From: Candidatus Eiseniibacteriota bacterium
GTDB taxonomy: Bacteria; Eisenbacteria; RBG-16-71-46; CAVPCR01
DNA length: 64,000 nucleotides
Direction: 5' to 3'
Assembly (NCBI GenBank): GCA_963702435.1
Contig: CAVPCR010000001.1
Coordinates: 768,001-832,000, forward strand
Shown: in pieces, positions 43,222-53,525 of the stretch
Layout: each line of letters starts with the position of its first letter
Position numbering within the stretch: the first letter of the stretch is position 1
Translations under genes and position numbers: made by a program
The notes under the pieces: generated by a model
Seen by the model: the letters and a program-made list of their open reading frames with translations, nothing else
Told to the model about the DNA's origin: nothing
The model's database searches: none

Positions 43222-43530
43222 GTGAGCGCCCTCCTCCTGGGCGCTCACTACTTTCGAGGCGGGAACACCGTGCTCGCCGCGTGCGCCGCGCTCTCGCCGC
43301 TCCTCCTCCTCGTCCGCCGTCCGCTCGCCCGGCGCGTCTTCTCGATCCTCCTCCTCGCCGGCGCGCTCGAGTGGGTGCGCACGCTCCTCGTCACCGTGAG
43401 CATGCGGCGAGCGATGGGCGCGCCGTGGGGCCGGCTCGCGCTCATCCTCGGCGCGGTCGCTCTGTTCACGGCCGCCGCCGCGCTCTGGATCCGCCGGGCG
43501 CCGCCGCTGCGGGCACCGCGGGACGAGTGA
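43222..43530 (+). CDS. Small membrane protein (start uncertain)
   Basis: Three to four hydrophobic segments, LLLGAHYFRG...GAPWGRLALILG; stop overlaps the adh ATG. Confidence 0.6.
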   Translation: MSALLLGAHYFRGGNTVLAACAALSPLLLLVRRPLARRVFSILLLAGALEWVRTLLVTVSMRRAMGAPWGRLALILGAVALFTAAAALWIRRAPPLRAPRDE

Positions 43531-44516
43531 TGCGAGCGATGGTGCTCGCGGCCCCCGGCCGCCCCCTCGCGGAGGCCGAGATCGCCCGTCCGGACCCGGC
43601 ACCGCACGAGATCCTCGTCCGGGTCGGCGCCTGCGCCGTCTGCCGCACCGACCTCCACGTCGTCGACGGCGAGCTCCCCCATCCGAAGCTCCCGCTCGTG
43701 CCGGGCCACGAGATCGCGGGGGCCGTGGTCAGAGCGGGGGCCGCGGTCACTCGCTTCGCGATCGGCGACCGCGCCGGGATCCCGTGGCTCGGGGCGACCT
43801 GCGGCCGGTGTGCGTATTGCCGGAGCGGGCGCGAGAACCTGTGCGCCGAGGCGCGCTTCACGGGCTACGATCTCGACGGCGGCTACGCCGAATACGCGCT
43901 CGCCGACGCGCGCTTCGCCTTCCGCCTGCCCGACGCCTACTCCGATCTCGAGGCGGCGCCGCTGCTCTGCGCGGGGCTCATCGGCTACCGCGCGCTCCGC
44001 GCCGCGGGGAATGCGGAACGACTCGGCCTGTACGGCTTCGGCGCCGCCGCCCACATCGTGGCGCAGATCGCGCGCCACGAGGGCCGCCGCCTCTTCGCCT
44101 TCACGCGGGCCGGGGATGCGGCGAGCCAGGCCTTCGCGCGCGAGCTCGGCTGCGAGTGGGCCGGCGCATCCGCGGACGCGCCGCCGGAACCGCTCGCCGC
44201 CGCGATCCTCTTCGCGCCGGTCGGCGCGCTCGTCCCGCTTGCGCTGCGCGCGGTCGAGCGCGGCGGCACCGTCGTCTGCGCCGGGATCCACATGAGCGAG
44301 ATCCCCGCCTTCCCCTACGAGCTCCTGTGGGGCGAGCGCCAGGTGCGCTCGGTCGCCAACCTGACCCGCCGGGACGGCGAGGAGTTCCTCGCCCTCGCGC
44401 CGCGGGTGCCGGTGAGAACGAGCGTCACCCGGTATCCGCTCGCCGCCGCCAACGAGGCGCTCGCCGCGCTCCGCGCCGGCGCGATCGCGCGCGGCGCCGC
44501 CGTGCTCGTGCCTTGA
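43530..44516 (+). CDS. Zn-dependent alcohol dehydrogenase (propanol-preferring type)
   Basis: VCRTDLH, GHE, CGRCAYC..C, LLCAG, YGFGAA. Confidence 0.92.
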   Translation: MRAMVLAAPGRPLAEAEIARPDPAPHEILVRVGACAVCRTDLHVVDGELPHPKLPLVPGHEIAGAVVRAGAAVTRFAIGDRAGIPWLGATCGRCAYCRSGRENLCAEARFTGYDLDGGYAEYALADARFAFRLPDAYSDLEAAPLLCAGLIGYRALRAAGNAERLGLYGFGAAAHIVAQIARHEGRRLFAFTRAGDAASQAFARELGCEWAGASADAPPEPLAAAILFAPVGALVPLALRAVERGGTVVCAGIHMSEIPAFPYELLWGERQVRSVANLTRRDGEEFLALAPRVPVRTSVTRYPLAAANEALAALRAGAIARGAAVLVP

Positions 44517-44577
44517 TGAAGGCTTGCCCCAGTGGCGTTCCCCATGCCTGTGCCCATGCCGGGCGTACCACATGCAG

Positions 44578-44606
44578 GGAGCACCCCGGGGATCCCGGGG
44601 TGCTCC
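44578..44606. terminator. Hairpin between convergent genes
   Basis: Perfect 13-bp stem GGAGCACCCCGGG-GAT-CCCGGGGTGCTCC followed by TCTT. Confidence 0.6.
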
Positions 44607-44656
44607 TCTTCACGAAGCCGGAGTGAATCCTCCGGCCCGGGCCTCGATCCGCGCTC

Positions 44657-47600
44657 TTACTTGAGGAGCGCGAGCGAGCGCACCTGCGTCCGCTCCGGCG
44701 TATCGAAGCGCAGGAAGTAGATGCCGGAGGCGAGCCGATCGCCGCCCGCGTTCCGGCCGTCGAAGACGATCGCGTGCTCGCCGCGGGCGACGACCCCGGA
44801 GACGAGCGTCCGCACGAGCCGCCCGCTCACGTCGTAGACCTTGAGCTCGAGGCGCGTCGGCGCGGCGACCGCGTACGCGATCGTGGTCGCGGGGTTGAAG
44901 GGGTTCGGGCTGATCGCGACGAGCCCCGTCTCCCGCGGCGATGCGCCCGCCGCATCCGGCATCCCGGCGCTCCCGGCCCGGATGATGTCGAAGGTGATGT
45001 CATCCACCGCCGCTTCCACGAGCGAGGGATTCACGAGATCGGACGCCACGAACCGCACCTGCACCCGGTCCGTGAAAGTGACGAAGTCGGCGAGGTCGAA
45101 GCTCTGCTGCGTCCACGCCACGGCCGGCGTGAGCGTGTTCTCGAGATGGATCCACGTCGTGCCGTCGGCGGTGACATCCACCACCCAGTTGTCCTCGTTC
45201 GGATTGTTGCCGGCGCTGTTCGAGAACCAGCGCCAGTAGGTGACGGTCGCGGTCGTCGCGTTCGAGAGGTCGAAGACCGGCGAGAGGAGGGTGGTCTTCC
45301 CGCCGTCGACATCGGCCGACCCGGCGGCAGCCCCCGGATCGGCGTTCCCGGTCACGAAGCAGGCGACACCCGGGCTCGGCGTGTGGTCGTCCTCGGTCTG
45401 CACCACCACGCTGTTGTACGTGGTGCCGACCGGGTCGGCCCGGATCCAGCGCCCGCTCGTCGCGTTGTCATCGGGCGCGGCGAGGGCCCAGCCGCGCTCG
45501 GCCTCGGCGTCGTCGAACCACGGGCCGACCGGCATCTCGTAGTCGAGAACCGCCTGGAACCCGTTCCCGGCGCCGACCGTGATCCGGAGCGGGACCTGGG
45601 TCGGGCTCGGGCAGCCGGGGAGCACCTGGAGCTCGAAGATCCCCATCGTGCCCTGGCCGCCGATCGGAACGGCGGGAGCGGTGCCGCCCGCGCTCGTGAT
45701 CGAGACGCCGGAGTGGGTCGAGGTCAAGGTCCCGGTGAGCGCCGGGCTCGCCGAGTGCCCCGTGTTCCCGATCGTGACCGTGAGCGAGATCGCATCGCCC
45801 GGATCGGGCCGGCCGTTGGCGTTTCCGGCCGAGTCGTCGGTGAAGAGGCTCAGCGCCCCGAGCACCGGCGCCTGGACTGGGAGACCGAAGTTCGCGGCCC
45901 ACTGCCCCTCGGTGGCGGTGATGGCGAGCGTGAAGGCGACCACGTGCCCATCCGGGCAGTTCCCCGCCACGGTGAGCGCGTACGGAGCCAGGCAGGTGGC
46001 GCTGCCGCCGGCCGGGATGTTCGGGAAGCTCTGCGCCGCCGTGGTGATGGTCACGTACGGATCGGCCGCCGAGAGGGTCGCCGTGACCCCGGTCGTCGGC
46101 TCGATGCCGACGTTCTTGAGCGTGACGAGGAGGCCGTCCGCCTCGCCGGCATCGAGGATGCCGTCATCGTCGCCGGCCGCGTCCAGCACCTGGACGCTGT
46201 CGTACACCAGGTAGGGCCCCGCCGGCGGCAGGATCGGCACCGGCTGGTCGTAGCGGTAGCGGTTGGCCAGGGTGACGGTGATGCGCAGCGTCCCCGGCTG
46301 CGTCGGCGGCGTGATCGGGATCTCCTGCGGCAGCCCGGTGGCGTCGGCCACCCCGACGATCTCCCCGTTCACCGTGAGCGCGATGACCGCGCCGGCCTCC
46401 GCCTGCACCGGGAAGGTGCCGAGTGCCGATGAGGCAGACGGCGGCGTGCGTCGGCCACCATGGTCGTCGGCACCTCGGAGTACATGGCGCAGGAAGGCGT
46501 CGCCGTGGTGGTGGAAGAGATGGTAGGTGACCGTCCTTGTTCCGGTGTTGTAGGGCCAGCTGCTGGCCTGCAGGAAGTACTTGCCGCTGGCCATGCCGAA
46601 GGCCGGGCGCAGGTCGGTGGCAAAGCGCGGCGCCGGGTTCTGGGGGCCGTAGCCCGGCATGAACTCCGGCCACATGGTGTCGCACATCCCCCAGATGAAG
46701 GTGTCGTTGACGAAGGAGTAGCAGATCTCCGAGGCGGCGATCAGGCCGAGCGCCCGCTGGCCCATGCGGTGGAACGCCTCGGTGAAGCACTCGCTCGAGT
46801 AGTTGTACTTGCCGGTCAGGCAGTTCATGGAGAAGACGAACGGGAGCTTGTCGTTGTGCAAGCCCGGCCAGGTTCGTGTTGCAGTAGGCCGGCTCGCCCC
46901 AGCCGGTCTCGGCCCCATGGTCGCGGTGGAGCAGCATGTAGCCGCCGGCGTTGATGTCGGCGTTGATGCGGGTCGCGTTGCCGCCCCAGTCGGTGAGGTG
47001 GTGCGGGGTGGCCGGGATGTAGCCGAGGCCGTTCGGCCCGAAGTAGTTGACCACGGTGGCGGTGTTGGTCGCGGTCGACCACGATCGTGCCCGGCGTGCC
47101 GTCGTAGATGGCGTACTCGCGCACCGGGTGCTTGCCGAGCGCGTTGGCCTGGTGGCCGAAGATGACCTCCGTGCAGAGGATGAACCAGCGTTCGGTCTGC
47201 CAGCCGCCGGCGATGATCGGGTGGTCGTAGAAGGCGGCGTCGGTGTAGGGTGCCGCTCGTAGGCGATCATCTTGCCGATCATGCGTCGCGAGCTCGGTCG
47301 GGTTCCGGGCGGTGATGCGCGCATGGACCATGTCGGGGAGATGGTCGGCGTTGACGTCGGCGTAGATGTTGTCCAGACGCAGTAGCTGTTCCAGATCGGG
47401 GACGGTGATCCCCGGTGTCGCGGAGCCCGCGTTCGGGTAGTCGCCGAGGAGTGAGGAAGGCGTCGGGCGCCGGGTCCCAGGTGTTGTAGGCGTTGTTGAG
47501 CCAGGTCTCGATTGCGCCGCCGTGGTGCCGCCGATCTCGGTCGTGGTGAAGACCTCCGTGGAGATCCCCTGCGAGCTGCCGCCAGGTCTTCAGGGTGTCG

Positions 47601-48395
47601 GCCCAGGCGATGAAGGCCGGGTTGTCGGGGCAGATGATCACGTACTCGTAGCCGTTGCGACTGCGCCGCGAGCTGGTCGAAGTCGACCGGCGGGAGCGAG
47701 GCGTAGTTGAGCGAGATGCTCCTCGCAGGATCGGCTCCCAGTAGCGGCTGCGCAGCCGCTCCTCGCCGAAGACGCCGGCGCCGCCCGTGAAGTCGATGCG
47801 GACGTCGAGCTCCGGTAGACGGTCAGCTCGCTGGTCGCCGGGTTGTACTGGAACGGCGTGATCCCGACAGTGACGCAGTCCACGCCGCGCATCTGCGCCG
47901 GGCGCGGAGAGGAGCACCGGCGCTCGCCGGGTAGGCGGCGTCGCGGCCGTAGATGGCGGGGTTCCGAACGTGTAGACGAGCGGCGAGTCGTCGTTCTCGC
48001 TTCGGGATGACCGGGGCCGGCGCGAGCGTCCACGTCTGGATCGTCTGCGCTCGCGCGCGGCGAGGATGTCGACCGTGGCCGTGGCACCCTGCGGGCACGG
48101 CCAGGAAGCGCCCGAGTCCCGGGAGGTCGGGCGCTCCCGCGTCGTTGGGCAGGAAGACGTCCGGCATGGTGATCTTCTGGACCACCTGCCCGTCGAGGGT
48201 GAGCGGCTCCATCGCGAACGAGCCCATCTCGAAGTGGAGCTCGACTCCCGTGGCCGACTGCGCGCGGAGCGTGATCCCGGGCTCCTGGGCGCTGGCGAAG
48301 GTGAAGGTCTCCGCGAGGGCCGGCCCCGCGGCGAGCAGGGTGACCGCGAGGATCACCGGAAGCGGAATCGATGCCGAGTACCTAGCCGATGCCAT
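44657..48395 (-). CDS. C25 (gingipain-like) cysteine peptidase with propeptide, Ig-like domains and FlgD-Ig/T9SS-like tail; multiple frameshifts
   Basis: GGAGG RBS, signal peptide; propeptide GAPDLP...PFQYNP; catalytic-type LHRDHG and SMNCLTG; HHHGD; PNPFNPATTIAY...SGIYFLR...LALLK; reading frame jumps several times between about 46390 and 48090. Confidence 0.8.
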
Positions 48396-48772
48396 GGGCG
48401 TCCTCCTCCTCACATCATGGGCAGGAGCACCCGGGTCCAGGCGGAAGATAGACCGGTGGCGAAGGCGGAAAGGAGACAGGACGAGGCAGCGGGAGCGGTC
48501 GTCACAGCGGTCGATCTCGTCAAGGGCCAACTCCGGGTGCGCGCGGCCGCACAGCCGAGCCCTCGTTTCGACCGACCTGGGTATGCCGGGCCAGGCCCGG
48601 GTCGCGAAGCGAGCTCCCCTCCATGATACCGCCACGGAGGCCGGCGCGTCGCGGTCAATCAGCGGGCGATCGTCCCGGGGCCGGAAACGGACGGGGGCGG
48701 CCCCGCCTGGCACGAGGCCTGGCGCTGACCGCCCCCCGGACGGACGTGCCCCGATTTGCGTCCGACGTCCGA

Positions 48773-49123
48773 CTACATGTTGAAGATCGACGGGAGCTCG
48801 GGCGATTCCTTCTTCGCTGCCTTGCGGCGCACGGCCTTCCGCGTCGCCTTCTTGCGCACGGCCTTCCGCACCAGCTTCCGGCGCACAGCCTTGCGCACGA
48901 TCTTCCGGCGCACGGCCTTGCGGGCGACCTTGCGCCGCACCGCCTTGCGGGCGACCTTGCGCCGCACCGCCTTGCGAGCGACCTTCCTACGCACCGCCTT
49001 GCGGGCGACCTTCCTACGCACCGCCTTGCGGGCGACCTTCCTACGCACGACCTTCCGCGTCGCCTTCTTGCGCGCGACCTTGCGGACGGCCTTCTTACGC
49101 GTGGCCTTCTTACGAGCCGCCAT
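48773..49123 (-). CDS. Histone H1-like K/R-rich repeat nucleoid protein
   Basis: 116 aa made almost entirely of the 9-aa unit KAVRRKVAR, plus tail ESPELPSIFNM; AGGGGG RBS. Confidence 0.82.
   Translation of the reverse strand: MAARKKATRKKAVRKVARKKATRKVVRRKVARKAVRRKVARKAVRRKVARKAVRRKVARKAVRRKVARKAVRRKIVRKAVRRKLVRKAVRKKATRKAVRRKAAKKESPELPSIFNM
48830..49110 (-). repeat. 27-bp coding tandem repeat
   Basis: Plus-strand unit approx. GCCTTGCGGGCGACCTTGCGCCGCACC repeated with synonymous variation. Confidence 0.85.
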
Positions 49124-49176
49124 TCCGATTACCCCCTGTGAGAGACAGTCTCTGACCCGGGCCCGGACCGTGGCGC

Positions 49177-49566
49177 TCAGTGCCCTGGACCGACCAAGGT
49201 CTCGACCTCGGCGATCATCGCTCCGAGATCGAATGGTTTGGTGAAGTACCGCTGGACACCCAGTCGCCGGGCCTCGGCCTTGGTCTCGGGATTGTCGAAG
49301 GCGGTCATCAGGATGACCTTGGCCTGGACATCGCCCGCTCTCAGCTTCTCGAGAAGACCAAGTCCGCTGCCCTTCGGCAGCCGGTTGTCGATGATGATCA
49401 GATCGAACTCCGAATCGGCGGTGAAGATCTGGCTTTCCGCCGCCTCGATGTTCGAAGCGATCCGCGTGTCGAATCCGGCATCCGCGAGGGCGCTGGACAA
49501 CGTGCGCGCAATGAGGCGCTCGTCATCGACGATCAGCACGCTCTTGGACAAGACCTGGACCTCCAT
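49177..49566 (-). CDS. Single-domain response regulator (receiver)
   Basis: VLIVDDE, IIIDNRLP (phospho-Asp), MTA, FTKPF; no output domain. Confidence 0.9.
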   Translation of the reverse strand: MEVQVLSKSVLIVDDERLIARTLSSALADAGFDTRIASNIEAAESQIFTADSEFDLIIIDNRLPKGSGLGLLEKLRAGDVQAKVILMTAFDNPETKAEARRLGVQRYFTKPFDLGAMIAEVETLVGPGH

Positions 49567-49594
49567 AGCGGATCTCACCGATCTATGCAGTGAG

Positions 49595-49609
49595 GCAAGT
49601 CGCATGCCA
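49595..49609 (-). promoter_or_regulatory. sigma54 (-24/-12) promoter
   Basis: Minus strand TGGCAT-GCGAC-TTGC, about 30 nt before the receiver ATG. Confidence 0.7.
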
Positions 49610-49837
49610 AGATCGCGCGCGCATCCGCGCGTTGCCATGCATGGTCCGCATCTTCATGCCCGACATGGCGTTGCAGAGGTCACACGGCCGCGGCCGGGCG
49701 GCCATGCACGCTGTCCACAGGCTGTCTGCAGTGAGGGGCGCTATCCAGCTTCTGGATAGCGCACACCGCAGAAAGCGGTGTTCATCCGTAAGATGCTGAA
49801 GATCAAGAGGATGGAGCCGGCAGCGGCGATCTGGCGA

Positions 49838-49856
49838 GTGTCAAGTTTGCTGACGC
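49838..49856. promoter_or_regulatory. Possible enhancer-binding-protein site
   Basis: GTGTCA-N7-TGACGC imperfect palindrome about 230 bp upstream of the sigma54 motif. Confidence 0.35.
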
Positions 49857-49893
49857 CTCGCATCAACTTTGTCCGATATCCTGCAAGCGCTCT

Positions 49894-51699
49894 TCACGCC
49901 TCGCCGATGACAACCTTCAACTCGGCGATCCGCGCGTTGACCGCGGCCATCGACAGGTTCTTGAAGCGCTCCGGCAGGAAGCGCGTATCCGTGCACTCCT
50001 TCACCGCGAGGAGATCCATGAGCTCGAGCCGTTCGGTGTGGGCCGAGGGCCGGATGTCGGTGATCACGTCCGCGATGACCTGCGGCAGGTCCTGCCGCGA
50101 CGCGCCGTCCGGCTGCGTCTCGTAGGCGCGGAGCGCGCGGACCAGGATCCCCTCCATCTCGTTGCCGCCGATCTGGTCGTTGTCGGGAAGCGGCGGCAGG
50201 TCCGCGGGCGCGATCGGCACCCGGAGCTTCCGCGCCATGGCGGCGAAGAGCGCCTTCCGGCCGGCCGCCGTCCCGGGCGGGAAGAGCGGGATGTGCACGT
50301 CGAGCCGGCCCTGGCGCTTCAAATCCACCTCGAGGAGATCGGGCCGCGAGGTGGCGAAGATCCAGATGATCTTCCCGCGGTTCTTCGTGTCGCTCATCTC
50401 GCGGGCCATCATGGCGTAGACCCGCCCCGAGAGCCCGGAGTCCCCGTCGCCGCCGCCGCGCCGCCCCATGGCCTGGTCGGCCTCGTCCACGAACACGATC
50501 ACCTGGCCGAGCGCGTGCAGGATCGAGAAGACCTTCTCCAGATTCCCCTCGGTCGCCCCCACCCACTTCTCGCGGAAGTTCTTGAGCTCGACGCAGGGGA
50601 TGCCGATCTCGCCGGCCAGGCACTCGACGAGGTAGGTCTTGCCGGTCCCGATGCGGCCGGTGAGGAGATAGCCCATCGGGATCGCGGCGCTCACGCCCTT
50701 TCTGAGCAACACCGCGTCCTGGCGGAGCCAGGCCTTGGCCTCCTCGTGCCCGGCCACGTCGTCGAGGGTGCGCGCCGACTCGATGAAGTCGAGCCGCCCG
50801 AACGCCTCCTTCTCGATCGTCTCCTTCTTGACATGGGTCAGGTAGGCCCCGGTCAGCCGCTCCTTCTCGGCCATGGCGCGCCGGAGGAGCGTGCGCACGC
50901 TCACCCGCGACAGCCCGACCAGGCGCTCGCCCAGCACCTCGGGGCCGAACTCGCTCACGGCCGCGAAGTCGGGCGCCTCCCTGGTCAGAAACGCGATGAA
51001 ATCGCGGAGCTCGACCGCGGCCGGCAGCTCGATCTTGATCTTGGCCGAGTACGGGCTCTCGACCAGCATGCGGTTCAGGTCGGCGAGGTTCTCGGTGAGG
51101 AGGACGGTGGTCACGAAGGCGCTCGTGATCGCGGGATCGGAACCCCAGTCGATGAGCTGGATCAGGGTCTGGCTCAGGTCGGCGAGGTAGAGCGGATCAC
51201 CTTGCGGCGCGATGAAGTGAGCGTAGTCGATCATCACCGCGACGCGCAGCGGATCGGCCACCGCCTTCCCGTCCACGACCCGGGTGCGCCCGAGCGCCCC
51301 GCGCAGGAAGCGGTCGATCAGCTCGAGGGCCCGCTTCGGATCGCGGGGCAGGAGGCCCGAGAGATCGAGCGCCGCCGCCTTGTCGGCCCCCGTCGCCGGG
51401 AGCGACGACCAGCTCGTCCCCTCGAAGGCGTCGAAGGCCGCGAGGAACCGCTGGAAGGCCTCGGCCCCCTTCAGGATGCGGATCCCCTTGCCGCGGTCGT
51501 AGTGCACGACCACCTCGAAGGGGTCGAACATGACCGTGGTCAGGAAGCGGCGGAGAGAAAGGTAGTCCTCGCCGCCGGGGGCGGGCACCAGGTCGAACAC
51601 GTTGCCGTGGAGGATGAACTGGCTCGTCGTGCCGGCGCGGAAGATCGCGCGCATCTCCTCCGCCCACGGCGCGAGCCGGCCCGCGGCGTCCACTGCCAT
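49894..51699 (-). CDS. Classic-clade AAA+ ATPase with degenerate N-terminal AAA-like domain (601 aa)
   Basis: Walker A GRIGTGKT, pore loop KWVG, Walker B VFVDE, SRH TSRPDLLEVDLKRQGRLD; N-terminal half has FILHGNV and VMIDY remnants. Confidence 0.9.
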   Translation of the reverse strand: MAVDAAGRLAPWAEEMRAIFRAGTTSQFILHGNVFDLVPAPGGEDYLSLRRFLTTVMFDPFEVVVHYDRGKGIRILKGAEAFQRFLAAFDAFEGTSWSSLPATGADKAAALDLSGLLPRDPKRALELIDRFLRGALGRTRVVDGKAVADPLRVAVMIDYAHFIAPQGDPLYLADLSQTLIQLIDWGSDPAITSAFVTTVLLTENLADLNRMLVESPYSAKIKIELPAAVELRDFIAFLTREAPDFAAVSEFGPEVLGERLVGLSRVSVRTLLRRAMAEKERLTGAYLTHVKKETIEKEAFGRLDFIESARTLDDVAGHEEAKAWLRQDAVLLRKGVSAAIPMGYLLTGRIGTGKTYLVECLAGEIGIPCVELKNFREKWVGATEGNLEKVFSILHALGQVIVFVDEADQAMGRRGGGDGDSGLSGRVYAMMAREMSDTKNRGKIIWIFATSRPDLLEVDLKRQGRLDVHIPLFPPGTAAGRKALFAAMARKLRVPIAPADLPPLPDNDQIGGNEMEGILVRALRAYETQPDGASRQDLPQVIADVITDIRPSAHTERLELMDLLAVKECTDTRFLPERFKNLSMAAVNARIAELKVVIGEA

Positions 51700-51704
51700 G
51701 ATCT

Positions 51705-52644
51705 TCAGGCCCTTTCCCGGCCGCGCCGGGGCGGCGGCGGTGGCGTGTCCGGCGGCCCCTCCAGCTCCGGCGGCGCCGCCAGCGGCCCTTCGAGCCGCGG
51801 CAGGAGCGGTCCGCCCTCGCCGAGCTCGTCCCCGGCGAGCGTGCCGAAGAGCTCCGCGTTCTGGTCCATCCAGCGCGAGGTCTCGGCGAGGGTCTGGCTC
51901 ACCGCATCGAGCCGCGCCGAGAGCATCTCCGGCCCGCCCGAGACCGCGGACTCCTCGCGGATCAGGCGCACCTGCTGCTCGATGCGCTCGAGCTCGGCGT
52001 CGATCACCTCGAGGCTCGAGCGCGCCCGCTCGAGATTGGCGCGGCGCTTGGTCTGGATGTCGAGGGTCGCCTCGAGCGAGCGGGCGAGCGGGCTCCCCTC
52101 CGCGGCCGCGGCGCGGCGCGCCTTGAGATCCTCGACCGCGGCTTCCAGCGCCCGCGGATCCACCTGCGCCAGGTTCTGCCGGATCACCTCGCGCGAGACG
52201 AGGAGGCGCAGGAAGAGCGCGAGCAGGCTGTTGAGGCTCCCCGCGCGCAGGTCCTCGAGCGTGCCCGACTCGTTCCGGTGGGTCGCCGGCGTGATGCCGA
52301 GGATGCGCGCGCACTCGGCGAGGAGGCGCCGGTAGCGCGCCTGCGCGTCGAGGGCGAGCCGCGCGAGCGTCTCCTTGACCATCTCGTCGGCTCCGCGCTG
52401 GCTCGCGACGAGCATCTCGCCCTGGACCAGCCGCTGGAAGCGCTGATTCGACGACAGCCAGCCGAGGTAGGAGAGCTCGGCCGCCGCGCCCAGGAGCCAG
52501 AAGCCGGGGTTCACGAACCCGAGGAGGCTCGAAGGCGAGGAGCCCCATCTGGTTCACGGGCATCCGTCCGAGGAGCGGGACCGGATACGGATGCCGGAAG
52601 GCGGCCCGCACGTAGTCCCAGTAGCTCAGGGGCTTCTTCGCCAT
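51705..52644 (-). CDS. Membrane-anchored coiled-coil protein with Pro-rich tail (apparent indel near 52529)
   Basis: MAKKPLSYWDYVRAAF...GLLAF joins LLGFVNPGFWLLGAAAEL in another frame; long heptad region; PPDTPPPPPRR tail. Confidence 0.72.
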
Positions 52645-52652
52645 GGCTTGGG

Positions 52653-53525
52653 TCAGGCTTTGCCCGCCTCCAGGGTCCGGAACGCCGCCGCCACCTCGGC
52701 CACCACCGCCTTGAAGCTCGCGCTCTCCTGCACGACGAGCGGATCCGCGTCCCGCGTGCGCGGAATGATGTCGGCGAACTCCTTCCCGATGCGCCCCGGC
52801 GCGGGCGTGATGATCCACACTCGATCGCCCAGGTACACCGCCTCCGCGATCGAGTGGGTGATGATGAAGACCGTGGCCTCGACCTCGTGCCAGAGGGCCA
52901 TGATGAGCCGCTGCATCTCCAGGCGGGTCGGCTCGTCGAGCGCCGAGAACGGCTCGTCCATCAGGATGATCTTCGGCTTGAGGGCCAGCGCGCGGGCGAT
53001 CGCCACCCGCTGCTGCTGGCCGCCGGAGAGCTGGTGCGGGTACTTCCGCTCGTGCTCGGCGAGCCCCACCTTGCGGAGCCAGTCGCGCGCCAGGTCCACG
53101 ATCGCCGAGCGGCCGAGGCCGAGCTCGCGCTGGTTCAGCTCGAGCCCGAAGGTGACGTTCTCGAGCACCGTGCGCTGCGGGAACGAGCTGTACTTCTGGA
53201 AGATCATGCCGCGGTCGCGCCCCGGTCCGGTCACGAGTTGCCCGTGCACGCGCACCTCGCCCGTGGTCGGCGGGTAGACGTCGTCGAAGCCCTGGATCAG
53301 GTTCAGGATGGTGGACTTGCCGGAGCCGGAGGGGCCGACGATGGCGATGAACTCGCCGTAGTCCGGCTTGTCGTCGATGCGGAAGCTCAGGTCCCTGAGC
53401 GCGGTGAACGCGCGCGGCGTGCCGGGATTGAAGGTCTTCTCGACCGCGCGGAACTCGACCACCGGCGGGACGGCGGCCGCCGGAGCGGCCGGCGCGGATC
53501 CCGGCGCTGCACCCGCCGCGGTCAT
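52653..53525 (-). CDS. ABC ATP-binding protein, NitT/TauT family
   Basis: GPSGSGKST, LSGGQQQR, ILMDEPFSALD, ITH; ATGA overlap with the permease. Confidence 0.93.
   Translation of the reverse strand: MTAAGAAPGSAPAAPAAAVPPVVEFRAVEKTFNPGTPRAFTALRDLSFRIDDKPDYGEFIAIVGPSGSGKSTILNLIQGFDDVYPPTTGEVRVHGQLVTGPGRDRGMIFQKYSSFPQRTVLENVTFGLELNQRELGLGRSAIVDLARDWLRKVGLAEHERKYPHQLSGGQQQRVAIARALALKPKIILMDEPFSALDEPTRLEMQRLIMALWHEVEATVFIITHSIAEAVYLGDRVWIITPAPGRIGKEFADIIPRTRDADPLVVQESASFKAVVAEVAAAFRTLEAGKA

Noticed and set aside
48756..49244. Plus-strand repeat ORFs (RRTALRATL / HRLAGDL)
   Set aside because: Antisense shadows of the 27-bp repeat; the minus-strand K/R-rich frame has an RBS and synonymous variation between units
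49894..52818. 974-aa version of the AAA ATPase
   Set aside because: The N-terminal extension is out-of-frame read-through across the upstream gene; the ATPase sequence begins at ATG 51699
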